64,000 bases of DNA from Cetorhinus maximus (taxonomy: Eukaryota): NCBI RefSeq assembly GCF_964194155.1, contig NC_135903.1, positions 28,520,001 to 28,584,000 on the forward strand. Direction: 5' to 3'. Under the pieces are notes generated by a model. It saw nothing but the letters and a program-made list of their open reading frames with translations, did no database searches and was not told the origin of the DNA. A program made the position numbers and the translations under genes. This document shows positions 35,608-48,750 of the stretch, one piece after another; the first letter of the stretch is position 1, and each line of letters starts with the position of its first letter.

Positions 35608-38600
35608 ATGGCACTCTTCAGCAGAATCAATCCTTACAACCTGACTATAGAGCTAGTTTGTAGAGCACCTTGGTTTTTATTTCGTAGTGAACGAAATTAC
35701 TGCAGAGGAGAAACGGAAAGCAATCCTTTTGAGTGTATGTGGTAGCAAGGCTTATAATCTCATCCTCAGCCTGCCGACCCGAACGTGCCCAATTCTAAGT
35801 TCTTTAACGAATTAGGGGACCTTGTGAAAACGCATTTCCAGCCGAAGCCACCTGTAATAATGCAGAGGTTTAAGTTTAATTCTGGAGTTAGAGCCCCGGG
35901 AGAGTCCATCGCAATTTATATGGTGAAGTTGAAGCAGTTGACAGAGCACTGCGACTTCAGAGACACATTCGATGATATGCTGCGGGGCTGATTAGTTTGT
36001 GGAGTTCACGACGACGCCATTTGGTTCCGTTTACTCGCAGAAGTTAACATCGATTTGAAGCACACCATGGAAATAGCGTTAGCCATGGAAAGTGCTGCGA
36101 GACACTCGCAGGCTTTACAACATGTACTGTTCTTCGTGTGGGGCGGGAACCTACCACCAGGCGTGGCATGAAAATCAGAGACGCAGCAGGGAAGCGACAG
36201 TCAATGTCCACTGTTAGAAAAATGTAAAGGCCTAGTAGAAACACTTCAGCAGTGACTCCAAGGTTAATCTGTTATTGACGTGGGGGTGACCACATACTGG
36301 ACACCTGCAGATTCAAGGAGATAGAATGGCACTATTGCCATGAGAAAGGTCACGTAATGAAGCAATGAAGGGCGAAATTGAAATAGCCCATAAAGCAGAA
36401 AAACCAATATGATTGAATTAAATAATACAACAGAACCTGAAGCTGCCGATACTGACATCTATTTCCTGTACAACATCACGGTGGTAAAAACCGAACCTAT
36501 TACTGTCACAATCCAAGTTAATGGGAAGCCACTAATAATGGAGGTAGATACGGGAGCCTCAACCACTGTGGTGGGAGAGCACACAATTTAAATACCTAAG
36601 TGAAGGTACCCAGCCACTGAATCTAGAATATACAACTGCTCAGTTGAAGACATACACTGGAGAACTCATACAGGTAAAGGGCATCGCCACAGTACCTGTG
36701 TCCTATAGGCAACAGACAACCCAGCTTCCAATGATCATAGTTGACAGGTGAAGGACCTAGTGTTCTGGGCTGAGACTGGTTACAAATATCAAGCTTGACT
36801 GGTCTGAAATATTTCACTTGAGAACCGGAGGAGTTCCTGAACTGCTAAGGAAATATGACACTATTTTGTGATGAAATTAGGAAAGTTAAAAGGCTTGCAA
36901 GCCTTTTATATGTGGATTCTCAGGTGACAACCTGTTTCTTTAAGGCCAGACCTGTGCTTTATGCCTTAAAGGAGAAGGTGGATGCAGAACTGTGCCGGTT
37001 AGAAAAGCTGGGCATCATCCAACCTGTCCAACTCTCAGAATGGGCAGTGCCCATAGTCCCAGTGGTGAAGCCTGACCAACCATACGCATTTTTGGGGCAA
37101 GGCAGCTAAAATAGATAGGTATGCTATCCCGAGGATAGACGACATATATGCAAAGCTTAGCTGGAGGCAAATCCTATATAAAACTGGACATGAGCCATGT
37201 TTACCAACAATTAGAGCTGGATAGCATGTCCAGAGGATACGTAACAATCAACTAGCACAAGGGCCTTTACCAATATACTCACCTACCCTTTGGAGTATCG
37301 TCTGCATGTGCAATCTTCCAAAGGACAATGGAGAATCTTTTGCAAGGACTTCCTCGGGTAGCAGTAGATGACGGTTTGATCACAGGGTCAACTGAAACCA
37401 AACACTTGGCCTACCTGAAAGAGGTGCTAAGAAGATTCTTGGAAGCCGATGTATGATTAAAGAAAGAGAAATGTACATTCCAAGCACCAGAAGTTACTTG
37501 CCTGGGTCGTAGGGTGAATGCCATGGGTTTGCATCCCGTAGAAGAGAAAGTTAGGGCAATCAAAGAGGCGGCCTCTCCGTCCAGTGTAGCCGAACTCAAG
37601 TCTTTTCTGGGCACGAACAATTATTATAGCCGCTTCTTGCCAAACTTATCAACAGTGTTAGCACCTTTACATTTGTTGATAAAAAAGAATCATCGTTGGT
37701 TGCGGAATTCACAACAGGAAGAAGCCTTTTTGAAAGCTAAGAAGTTAATCCATTAATTGTGTTTATTTGGTATACACTACAACCCTTCGAAAGAATTGGT
37801 ATTAACATGTAATGCCTCTCCTTATGGTGTGGGAGCTGCATTATCACAGTCTAGAAAATGGATCAGAAAGGCCAATTGGCTATGTCTCCAGAACCTTCTC
37901 CACATCCGAGAGGGTTATTCCCAACTAGAAAAGGAACATTTATCAGTGATATTCGCAGTGAAGAAATTCTACCAGCATCTCCATAGATGACATTTCACCA
38001 TTGTGTCGGACCAGAAACCATCAATGGTTTTACTCAGTGAGGATAAGGCCATTCTGCCAATAGCCTCAGCAAGAATTCAGTGTTGGGCTTTGATATTATC
38101 TTCATGTGAGTAAACCTTTATGCACCATCCTGGCTTACACATTGCAAATGCGGATGCACTCAGCCGTCTCCCATTACCAGGTAGCATTGTACATGCTCTA
38201 GTACCACGCGAAGTTGTGCTTGTACTGAATTTCTTGGATTCTTTGCCTGTGCGCGCGAAGGAAGTTAAAAATTGGGCGAACAGAGATCCAATTTTGTCAG
38301 AAGTTAGAGACCTTCTGTTGCAAAGGTGGTCAAATTCACCAGTGTCTGAAGAGATGAGACCATTCCATGCCCGAAAAACAGAGTTAAGTTGTTATGATGG
38401 AATCTTGTTGTGGGGATCAAGAGTTGTCGTCCCTTCACAAGGAAGAGAACCACTCTTGACAGAGCTTCACAGCGCGCATCCAGGCACATCGAAGATGAAA
38501 ATGCTTGTGCAAAGCTATGTCTGGGGGCCAGGCATTGATAGTGACATTGAAAGCATGGTCTAGTGCTGCCTCCATTGTCAGCAACAACAAAAGTTGCCTG

Positions 38601-39578
38601 TTTCAGCTCCACTGCATCCATGGGAATGGCCTGGTCGACCCTGGGTTAGACTACATATTGATTATGTAGGACCATTCTTCGGTACCATGTTTTGATTGAT
38701 TGTAGATGCGCATTCTAAATGGATGGATGTGTATGAAGTCAGATCACTGACATCGAGCGCAACTATCGAAAAGCTGTGTCATAGTTTTAGTATACATGAC
38801 CTACCGGAAGTGATTGTTTCTAATAACGGTACAGTCTTTGCTGGTACAGAGTTTGAGATTCATGAGGTTAAATGGAATCCGATATATTACAACAGCACCA
38901 TATCATCCTTCATCAAATGGTTTAGCTGAAAGAGCTGCGCAAACTTTCAAATCTGGAATGAAGAAGTTATCAGAAGGTACTCTAGAAACTCGACTTGCCC
39001 ACTTCACAATTATCATACGACATCTCATTCAACTACATGTTCAACAGCGTCTGAATTATTGATGAAACGCCACCTACAAACAAGGTTAAGTCCAGTTTTT
39101 CCAAACTTAGAAGGAAGGTAGAGAAGAATTGGATTAATCAAAAATTGAATCACAATATTCATAGCAAAGCTCGAAAATTCACTGTAAGAGATACAGTTTT
39201 AGCGCAGAGTTTTGAAAATTGACCTTGTTGGGTTCCTGGTACAATTGCCTCAGAAACAAGTCCCTCGTCCTTCCAAGTGGAAATGGAAGACCGAATTGTT
39301 CGAAAACATGTAGAACATCTTTGGAATAGAGAGACATTCCAACAACCAGCTATTCTGCCTGTGATTAACGTCGAACCATTAATCCCTGAGGTGACAGATT
39401 GACCTGGAATAGGCATGACCAATGTCTCTGTAGAGTTGTCAAACCCTGAACTGCCACTTTTTAATGATGGATCTGATGTTGCAGTCCCTGATCATGTCGA
39501 TCCTGTGGCAGAACCTCAAGTGGTAGAGCTATGCTGCTCTAATCGAATAAGGAAAGCACCTCATAGACTTAATTTTTA
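35608..39578 (+). pseudogene. gag-pol polyprotein, multiple stops and frameshifts
   Basis: Gag (HFQPKPPVIMQRFKFN..GESIA..LKQLTEHCDF); protease MEVDTGAS ~36540; RT (SEWAVPIVPVVK, YQQL, LPFG, decayed DD); RNase H (ASPYGVGAAL, YSQLEKE, NADALSRLP); integrase HHCC (LHSAHPG..C..CQ) and core (VDAHSKW, PYHPSSNGLAER). Confidence 0.93.
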
Positions 39579-39668
39579 ATCACCTGAGTTGTATATATGT
39601 AAATGTTGTGGGATATTCAAATTTTCTCTGTAAATAGAAATTGTAAAGAAAACTAAAGGGGGAGGAAA

Positions 39669-39871
39669 TGCAGTAATTGAAGGTATACTGTCTATCAGGG
39701 GTCACGTGATTGTTCTTGGAGGCCCCGACCTGTGAGCCCTAAGCGTGGGTAATCTGGGGGCGCGGAGCTTCTTGTTGAGGACTTAGTTCAAGCAAGTAGC
39801 ATCTGTAAAGTGCTCTGTAATAAAGTTAACTGTTTCTTGTTGAAACCTGTCTGGTACATCAAGTCATTACA
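39669..39871 (+). repeat. 3' LTR preceded by polypurine tract
   Basis: PPT aaaggggg aggaaa directly upstream; TG...CA termini; aataaa inside. Confidence 0.92.
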
Positions 39872-39876
39872 CCAAC

Positions 39877-40132
39877 ATTTCCTGGGTAACTATCCAGGTA
39901 AGTCATGCACAACTGTCCAAAGTCTCTGACTCTGAGCTACAGTCGGACATTTTGGACAGTTTTCCGCGACTTACCTGGACATTTGTAGAGGGTCCCAGTA
40001 AGCAGGGAAATTGCCCATCGGAAGTTCAGATTTCCTGGGAAATTCCCACAGAGGTCAGTGCGCCGGGGCTTCCACAGGGTCCCAAATGCCCATCTTGGGC
40101 CAACCGGATCCGGAGACAGGAAGATCTGGGCC
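39877..40132. mobile_element. Right part of a hairpin-rich non-autonomous element split by the Gypsy provirus (left part ~34600-35272)
   Basis: Rejoined flanks form a hairpin; second hairpin 39895-39980; ends ggaagatctgggcc (TIR-like). Confidence 0.5.
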
Positions 40133-41399
40133 ATTATTTCAAATAACGACTTTGAGGAATAAATCAGCAGATACTTCTCCTTGTCTGCTGTATAATTGAA
40201 AGGAATGTTTGGAGCCATGCTCAATAGAGTGGAAACAATAGTTAAACATTAGCATTACCAAAAACTAAACTCAATCATTGACTCTTCAGAGCTGAAAGAT
40301 GATAAACGAATCCTATAAAGTTCCCCAATAGATCAAGTTCACTTTGTACCCCTTGTGGTTATGTTGCAGCTTGTGTGACGCCAGTGCAGCATGAGACCCT
40401 TTCACACAGACTTCTTGCTTTATTTTCCCTGTTTGCTTTGGGTATTGCATATCTGAGTTGCAAAGCACTTTTGTTAACCTGATGGTTTTTTTACAAAGCC
40501 AATTTGCGTCTAACTAATGTGTCTGGTAAAATAGGCCTCTTGGACTCGGATGTTCCCTAATGCTGCACCTGGATGGTTATCAACTGGCTGGACTGCAAGG
40601 GTGATTTGGTGTTAACCGGCCAAAAATGCATGCAGTTAGCTACTCAACAAAACATCAGTGGCTTCTATCCACTAGATCCTGGATTTTTTCACTTCACGTA
40701 CATAACAGTTATTCAGTAAATTCTTCAATTAGTTTGATTTATATCAACAAATCTCTTGTCAACACATACCGATTTGATAGAGGATAAACAGGAAGAGAAG
40801 CATACATATCCTGCCCACCCCTCTCTATCTATTAACCAAATTCAAATAAGGGAGATTCATCTAGCAGTTTCTTTATCAGTTTGGAACCATTTAAAGGTGA
40901 TATTCAGTAGTTCAGGGGATCTCTCCTTTTTCAGTTATCTTTCGTCAGCCCAGTTCTTCTTCCTTAAAATCTATTGTACAATGATCTTTCTTGGATATAT
41001 CTTTGCTGCCTTAATAATAGATGTTATAGCTGATTCAGATTTCATCCATAGTCTCCAACCATTGTAATCATTCTTACCTTTTATCAACACTATAATGGTT
41101 AGGGCTTCTCTGAACTTTCCTCACTTATCACCCCACCAGCCTCCGCATTCAAAGGATCATCCTCCGCCATTTCCGCCAACACCAGCATGATGCCACCACC
41201 AAACACATCTTCCCTTCACCCCCCCACTATCAGCATTCCATAGGGACCATTCCCTCCGGACACCCTGATCCACTCCTCCGTCACCCCCAACACCTCAAAC
41301 CCCTCCCACAGCACCTTCCCATGCAATCGCAGAAGGTGCAACACCTGCCCCTTTACTTCCCCTCTCCTCACCGTCCAAGGGCCCAAACACTGCTTTCAA

Positions 41400-41729
41400 G
41401 TGAAGCAGCGCTTCACTTGCACTTCCCTCAACTTAGTCTACTGCATTCGCTGCTCCCAATGCGGTTTCCTCTACATTGGAGAGACCAAACGCAGACTTGG
41501 TGACCGCTTTGCAGAATGCCTTCGGTCTGTCCACAAGCATGACCCAGACCTCCCTGTCGCTTGCCATTTCAACACTCCATCCTGCTCTCATTCCCACATG
41601 TCCTTCCTTGGCCTGCTGCAATGTTCCAGTGAAGTTCAATGCAAACTGGAGGAACAGCACCTCATCTTCCGATTAGGCACTTTACAGCCTTCCGGACTTA
41701 ACATTGAGTTCAACAACTTCAGACCATGA
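41400..41729 (+). pseudogene. GIY-YIG endonuclease domain of the Penelope-like element (C-terminal fragment)
   Basis: FTCTSLNLVYCIRCSQCGFLYIGETKRRLGDRFAE..PVACHFN..LEEQHLIFRLGTLQPSGLN; upstream C..RRC.TC linker at ~41320-41350; RT lost by truncation. Confidence 0.92.
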
Positions 41730-42180
41730 ACTCTCCCTCCATCCCCACCCCTTTTTGATCCCTTTTTTCTATATTCATTTTTATTTTTAAATTTGTATTT
41801 ATTTTTTCCCACTTATTTTCATTATTAATATTTTTAAAATTTATTTCCATTTTTATTCATTATTTTATCCCTAGCTTTTAGCCTATTTTCGATCTTTTTT
41901 CCCACCATTGTCCCCTCGCCCCAACCCACCACCACTAGGGCCATCTGTCACTCTCCAGAGTGCTTACCCTGGTCCGGCCATTATCACATCCTGCTTTCCA
42001 CTCTTAATGTCACAATTAGCATCTTCTTTAGCCAGTACCACCACTATTAACAACCCTTTGACCTTTTGTTTATGACATCTTTTGCAATCTCTCCTTTGCC
42101 TCCGCCTATCACTTCTATCCAGCTTCATCTGTTTCACCCCCCTTAAACAGTATATAGTTCACCACATTTCTACTTCCCTT

Positions 42181-42224
42181 TAGCTCTGAAGAAGAGTCAT
42201 ACAGACTTGAAAACGTTAACTCTG
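42181..42224 (+). ncRNA. Minimal type I hammerhead ribozyme-like motif in Penelope 3' tail
   Basis: CUGAAGA (42186-42192), A, stem gaguc/gacuu, GAAAA (42209-42213, one extra A), CGUU, aacucug. Hammerheads in Penelope-like elements are established. Confidence 0.6.
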
Positions 42225-44116
42225 TCTTTCTCTCTACAGATGCTGTCAGACCTGCTGAGTTTTTCCAGCATGTTTTGTTTTTGTTTCAGATTTCCAGCAT
42301 CCGCAGTATTTTACCTTTATCTGAACTTTCCTCCCTCCTTCTTTGCACCAAATGTGTCTCGCCAACTCCTGTCTCTCCTCTCTACATTTCCTTTGTGTTC
42401 TATGTGATGTAACAGAGTGAGGGAGTGACCTTATGTAAGACCTTATTGAGGGCTTGTATCCAAAATCAGGATACAACTTTAGTAAGTTATTTAAAGGCAG
42501 TATCACTTTAAGAAATCATTGATCTTAATTGCCTTTAATCAGAAACTGCTAATCTGTTTAAAAAAAAAAACAGGCAGAGAAGTGGCTCAGTTGTGGAGAG
42601 GAAGGAACTGAGAGGTAAAGTTGAAAATAAGTACTTATTACTGGCTTGTTTATTAGTGTAAGTAAAGACACAACATGGTGAATAAAGCTCATTTGTTTTA
42701 AGACCTAGCCTGCATGTTGAATTGATCATTAGGTGCTGGATCTACATCAGCTTGTTATCGTGAACTCTTAGCTTTCTCCTAAATGTTCAGGCTTATAAGC
42801 TGAGCTTGGTATCATAACCCTGATTTACTGCAGCTTTGTTTCTTTTCAACCTTGGAGGATTTCCTACTCTGTGGACCTTGGCCTTTCACCTTAGTTTCAC
42901 ATGATATAAGCTTTTTTTCCCTAATTTTATTTTTAATCAGGCTCAGCAGTTGTAAAATCCTCCCATCTGTTACAGCTATATTTGGACCTCCGGTGACATT
43001 TGCTATAAGATGTTGGGGCATTTTTGCAAAAGAGCAGTTTTCAGCATCACTGCGTCATCAGTACTGATAGCAGGCACGAGTTAAAACGCAATCTTGTGCA
43101 GAAGGAAAGCCTGCAGCTAAAAATAAATTATAACAAAACCAACAGTAATGTTGTAGCCAGTTGCTCATGTTGGCTAAAAATTGGAATGTGTTTATTAAAT
43201 TGTTCCAGAGCCTGGTGTCTTTCGATTTGCGATTATGTAGCCACAATTCTTATTTTCTTCTGAGGGAGAGAAAATAAGAACCTCTCATTCATATGCCCTC
43301 ATAATTTGCATTTCTCTTTTTTGGAAGCCTAACCCTGTTTTTAAGCAAACAAACTTGGGTACAGCAAGATCCCACAAACAAATGAAGTCCATGATCCAAT
43401 AGTCCTGTCAGGATAGTGTTGTTTGAGGGAGAAATACCATGCGATCTCTGTGTTGTTCTTCAAACTTTTCATAGAATCTTTTACATTTTTTATTCTTTCA
43501 AGGTGTGTGGGCAGCATTTGTTACCCATCCAGATTTATCTTTTCCCTATTGTTTATTATCCTCCCTCTAGAGAATCACCTCCCAGATCCTTCTGTTTTGA
43601 GGCTGAAATGGTAACTCAGACCTTAAAGACTAGGGAGTAGCCTTGTGGCTCTGCTCTGCACTGCCTCCAATGTTTAAATGTCTCCCTTATGTCTACATAA
43701 TGAGCTGAAGTCTTGGAAGTGGGTTGGAATCTATAACATTGGGACTCGGAGGCAAACAGATGCTAAAGAATTTATCTTATGATTTTTAAATCACTATGAT
43801 TTTCATGAGATAGGAAGTCAACAAGCAAAACCTTGTTTAAAGGAAAAAATACTTATTGGGAATTTCCTTAGGAGTTCTTCCCATTGGCTGCAGTAACTTA
43901 GGCAGTAGATTGTGGAAAAGCAGTTTGTGCATGTATCCCGGTTTCCAATAAATCTTTAGCCAATCCAGAGAACTTCAGAGGAAATCCCTGGCGACTGTCT
44001 TTTTAATTTTGGCTGAGGTAAAGATTTATTTAAACTAAAGCTATCATTGGCACACTTACCATTTGCATTTTCCAACAAGAAGATTCATTTCTTACGAAAT
44101 ATAGATTGTTAGCTCT

Positions 44117-45246
44117 TGTTACAGACAGGGCTGGTAAAGAATTGGAACCCTTGCACCTTCCATTTATTGTCTGTAATTAGTGTTTTTTGTAAAATAATGT
44201 GTGTATGTTTCTCATCCCCTGAGTGGTCAATTTTTAAACAATCAGCAGCAAGCTTTCATTGGTTTAAATAAAGAGGACTATTTATCCACGCATTTACACT
44301 GAAAGTCTAAACACTATCACTCACACTCTCTCTCTCTCACACACACACTCCGCAGCACCCCCCCCCCCCCCCCCCCACCCCCACTTTCAATAAAGATACA
44401 TTTCAAGAGGATAGTACACTTTCACAAGCTGTAAACAAAGAATCGTTCATAGTTCACACTTTTGGTTCTTCATAGGTAAAAAACAGTGATAGTGGGTGGC
44501 TTTTTCACTCCAAAAGGATAGTTTAGGTGTTTTTAATAGCTGGAGTTGTATATTGGGGATTAATATAGGATTCCCTCAAAGAGATGGATGTTCAGCAGGT
44601 TGCAAAGTTAGTCATTTGTAGATTTTCTTACAAGGAGGTCAAGTTTCTTTACAGGTGGGCTTGAAATAGGATGGGGGTGCTTTTAAGATGTAGCAGTGTC
44701 CAGATTTTAAAAAGTATAGGTTTAATTGCTTTATTCTGCAATGGGTGTTCATGGCAGACTGACCAGTTTCTCTCTGGTTCTTGGAATGATAGATTTGTTA
44801 CCTGCAGCTGGTTTTGGTCACATGACGGGGAGCGTCAGTGCCTCCCATTGTCCACATCATGGGTTGGAGCCAAGGTGATTGATACACAATGGAAGAAATG
44901 ATTGATAACATATCAGCATGCCAGCTATGATTAGTTACCTGGATGAACTTATTTGATATCCCATCCTCACAGCTCCAACATATCTGGCAGCGATTATTTT
45001 TTAGATCTCTTCCATTGAGATGGTAAGGATGGTTACTTGCCCCCAAGAAACTCATTTGCATTTGAGAACTTTCCAGAGGCATTCTCAGGCATGAGTTAAA
45101 TCGCACAAGTCACCTGACCTCCAGCAGCCATTTTACCTGTCTTGTTAGTGCCCATTTTCAAAGAAAAGACAGTTCCAGAAAATTATATACTGAATGCAGC
45201 CCAAGTTTAAAGTTTTGAATTGGACATGCCTTCACTGGGCATGACA
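44117..45246 (-). mobile_element. Possible solo LTR in reverse orientation, with (CT)(CA) microsatellite and C-run inside
   Basis: Starts tgttaca, ends catgaca; no TSD found. Confidence 0.35.
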
Positions 45247-45269
45247 CTGCCTGGTGGGTTTGAACAAAG

Positions 45270-46060
45270 GAACATGACAGGAGTAGGCTATTTAGCCTTG
45301 AGTCTGCTCTGGCATTTAATACGATCATAGCTGATCCTCAACCTAGACTCCACTTTTCTGATCAACCCCCATATCCCTTGATTCCCTTACAGTCCAAAAA
45401 GCTTCCAATCTCAGCCTTGAAATACTCAATGACTGAGCATTGACAGCCCTCTGAAGTAGAGGATTCTAAAACTTTGCAACCTGCAAGTGAAGAAATTTCT
45501 CCTCATCTCAGGCCAAAGTGGCCGTCCTCTTATCCTGAGACAATGTCCCCTGGGTCTAGACTTTCCAGTCAGGGGAAACTGTTAATTGTATATCAGTTGT
45601 GGTAACAATATGCAGGTGGAGTTGGGTTGTTACTTGAGAACACAAAGAGACATTTACTAACACTGAGGTGAGGGTTGAGTTAGGAGGTATATACTTGTAA
45701 TGTTTCACTGTGCATAAGTCTTGACTGAGTAAAGATTGGCCCTGGTTTCATCCTTCAACTGGTTATCAGGAGTTTAACAGAAACAGCCTCTTCTACCCTG
45801 TCAAACCCTCTCAGAATCTTATTGTTGCAATGAGATCACCCTTCATTCTTCTACACTCCGGACAGCGTAGGCCCATTCTTCTCAATCTCTCCTCATTAGA
45901 CAACCCTCTCATTAGCCTAGTGAGCTTTCATTGCATCGCCTCTAAAACAAGTATATTCTTCCTTATGGTTTGGAGACTAAAACCATGCAGCTATGATCTC
46001 ACAAAAGCCCTGTACAATTGCAGCAACTCTTCCTCCCTTTTGTACTCTATACAACACACC
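45270..46060 (-). mobile_element. CR1 LINE 3' fragment interrupted by a solo LTR
   Basis: aggagtaggctatttagcc..gatcatagctgatc tail; gtgaagaaatttctcctcatctc; tgagatcacccttcattcttcta (reverse RMKGDLI). Confidence 0.85.
45580..45779 (+). mobile_element. 200-bp solo LTR
   Basis: Perfect TGTTAA...TTAACA ends; perfect TSD GAAAC at 45575-45579 and 45780-45784; TATATA and AGTAAA inside. Confidence 0.9.
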
Positions 46061-46689
46061 TAAATATTCTAGGAATGTGTATGCTGCTAATGATTGTGTA
46101 GTCTGGGTATAAGTGAAGTGGAACATTAGTCCCAGTTCCTAAACTTTAATAAAAATATTTCAACTGAATATATTTAACTCCAAATTTTACCCCTTTCTCA
46201 TGAAGGCAGGGATTCATGCTCTGACAGTATGTCTCAGTAGGCACTGGCAGATGTCTAGTAACCTACTCAAATGATATCCTTGATGAGGGAGCCTAGACAG
46301 TGAGAGTAAGCAGGTTATTAGACTCTTGGCGATATCTGAGCCAGGTCCTTACCCCCTGCTCACCTGACTCATGCTTCCAGGAAGGGTGAATGCATAATAC
46401 CCAGGAATCTAAAGCTGAGTATAAAACATCCATTGGTGTTCTGGCTAAACTCAACAATATTGAATGCGAAATGTATGTATATATTGTGTTATCCACCCCC
46501 CCCACCCCCCCCCCCCCCCCCCCACCCCCAACACAGACGCTCTGATATGGCATTGTAAATAAAAGTTTTAAAACCCAATAAATGGACATCTATTGTGTTA
46601 TGCCCAAAAGCGGCCCACAATATTCTTTTAGTTCCAAGGGTGTAGTCAGGAGCAATTTCTTCAGCTTGTTTTCAATCTAACAAGAAAGG

Positions 46690-48750
46690 AGGCATTGCTG
46701 GACCTGTTTCTTGGGAAGGAGAGTGGTGCAAGTGGATCAAATGTCAGTAGGGGAACACTTAGGGAAGAGTGATCATTGTATCATAAGGTTTAAGTTGGCC
46801 TTGGGAAAGGACAAGGAGCAATCCTGAGTGAGAATTAACTGGGGGGAAACCAACTTCAATGGGGTAAGAATGGATAAATTGGAATGAAAGATCAGCAGGC
46901 ACAGCTGTAACTGAACAATGGGCTGTCTTTAAAGAGAGAGTTTGAATACAGTCAAGGTATATTCCCATGAAGTGAAAAGCTAGGAGAATCAAATCCAAAG
47001 CTCCCTGAATGACAGAAGAGATGGAGATTAAGAAGAAGCCAAAACAGTGTACCTATGACAGACATCAGGTGGATAATACAATTGAGAATCAGGCTAAATA
47101 TAGAAGGCTCAGAAGGAAAGTGAAAAAATAAAGAGAAACAAAGAGAGTATGAGAAGAGACTGGCAGTTAACATAAATGGAATCCAAAAGCCTTTTATAGG
47201 TATTGAAATAGTAAAAGGGTGGTAAAAGGAGGAGTGGGACCGATTCGGGACTACAAGGGGGATTTACGCATGGAGGCAGGGGATATGACTGAAATATTAA
47301 ACAAATAATTTGAATTTGTCTTTACCAAGGAAGAGGGTGCCCAGGTCATGGTGAAAGAGAGGGCAGCTCAGACACTGAAAGGGTGTAATATTGATGAGGA
47401 GGTATTGGATAAACTGTATGTACTTAAAGTTGGTAAGGCACTTAGGACCAGATGAGATGCATCAAAGGAGACTGAAGGAAATGAGGTGGAAATTGTGGAG
47501 GCACTGGTCATAATCTTCCAATCTTCCTTAGACTCAGAGGTGGTGCTAGAGGATTGTTAGGAAATGTTACACCCTTGTTTAAAAAATGGTGTAAAGTTGC
47601 CAACTAAAGACCAGTCAGTTTAACCTCAGTGGTGCAGAAACTTTTAGAAATGATAATTTGGGACAAAATTAATAATAACTTGGGCTAATTAAGGAAAGCC
47701 AGCATGGATTTGTTAAGGACAATTTCTGTTTAACTAACTTGCTGGAGTTTTTTGATGAGGTAACGGAGAGGGTTGATGAGTGTAACACTGTTGATATGGT
47801 GTACCTGACATCCAAAAGGCACTTGATAAGGTGCCATATAACACACTTGTGAGCAAAGTTGGAGCTCATGGAATCAAAGAGACAGTAGTAACATGGATAC
47901 GAAATTGGCTGAGTGACAGGAAACAGTACTGGTGAGCAGTTTTTTTTGGACTGGAGGAAGATTTATATTGGCGTTCCCAAGGGATTGGTCTTAGGGACCC
48001 CTGTTCTTCCTGATAGATAGATATATATCTATAGATTAATGACCTTGACATTTTTCAATTCAAAATTTGCAGATAATACGAAACTTGAATGTATTATGAA
48101 CATAAAGATAGTGTAGAACTTCAAAAGGAATAGATAGCTTGGTGGAATGGGCAGGCAAGTGGCAGATGAAATTTAATGCAGAGAAGTGTGAACTGATTCA
48201 TTTTGGCAGGAAGAACGCAGCGAACATGTGTACGTACGAACATATGAAACAGGAGCAGAAGTAGGCCATTAAGCCCCTTGGGCCTGCTCCGCCGTTCATT
48301 AAGATCATGGCTGATCTGTTTGTATTTCTAATTCCACACTCCCATCTACCCCCAATAACCTTTGATTCCTTTGCCTAACAAGAATCTATTTACCTCCAGT
48401 GATTTGATAGCAATATTCCAAATCATGAGAGGTCTGGACACAGCAGATAGGGAGAAACTGTTCCCAGATACTGCGAGAAGGATCAAGAACCAGAGGACAC
48501 CGATTTAAGATAATTGGTAAAAGAAACAATGGCGACATGAGGAAAACCTTTTTCACGCAGCGAGTGGTTAGGATCTGGAATGCACTGCCTGAGATTGTGG
48601 TGGAGGCAGGGTCAATTGAGGCTTTCAAAAGGGAATTGGGTACGGGGAAAAGTCAGGGGAGTGGCATTGGGTGAATTGTTTCTTCAATGGGCCAGCACAG
48701 ACACAACAGGCCAGATGGCCGCCTTATGCGCTGTAACCATTTTATGATTC
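46690..48750 (+). mobile_element. Long decayed CR1 LINE (end of endonuclease, RT, 3' UTR) with internal deletion
   Basis: agggaagagtgatcat (G.SDH), ggaccagatgagatgcatc (GPD.MH), RPVSLTSVV, SQHGFVK..CLTNLLEFF, KFADNTKL, WQMKFNAEKC, FFTQRVVRIWNALP; tail ctgtaaccattttatgattc. Confidence 0.92.
48222..48395 (-). mobile_element. CR1 3' tail fragment inserted antisense in the long CR1
   Basis: gaacatatgaaacaggagcagaagtaggccattaagcccc..gatcatggctgatctg; resembles reverse complement of the 58830-58975 tail. Confidence 0.85.

Larger units (their letters stand above)
35273..39871 (+). mobile_element. Full-length decayed Ty3/Gypsy LTR retrotransposon
   Basis: Two related LTRs, PBS, PPT, gag-PR-RT-RH-IN order; degenerate 5-bp TSD ctaag (35268-35272) / ccaac (39872-39876). 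Confidence 0.95.
41123..42319 (+). mobile_element. 5'-truncated Penelope-like retroelement
   Basis: GIY-YIG ORF, pyrimidine-rich 3' UTR, hammerhead-like tail; perfect 14-bp TSD tctgaactttcctc at 41109-41122 and 42320-42333. Confidence 0.92.
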
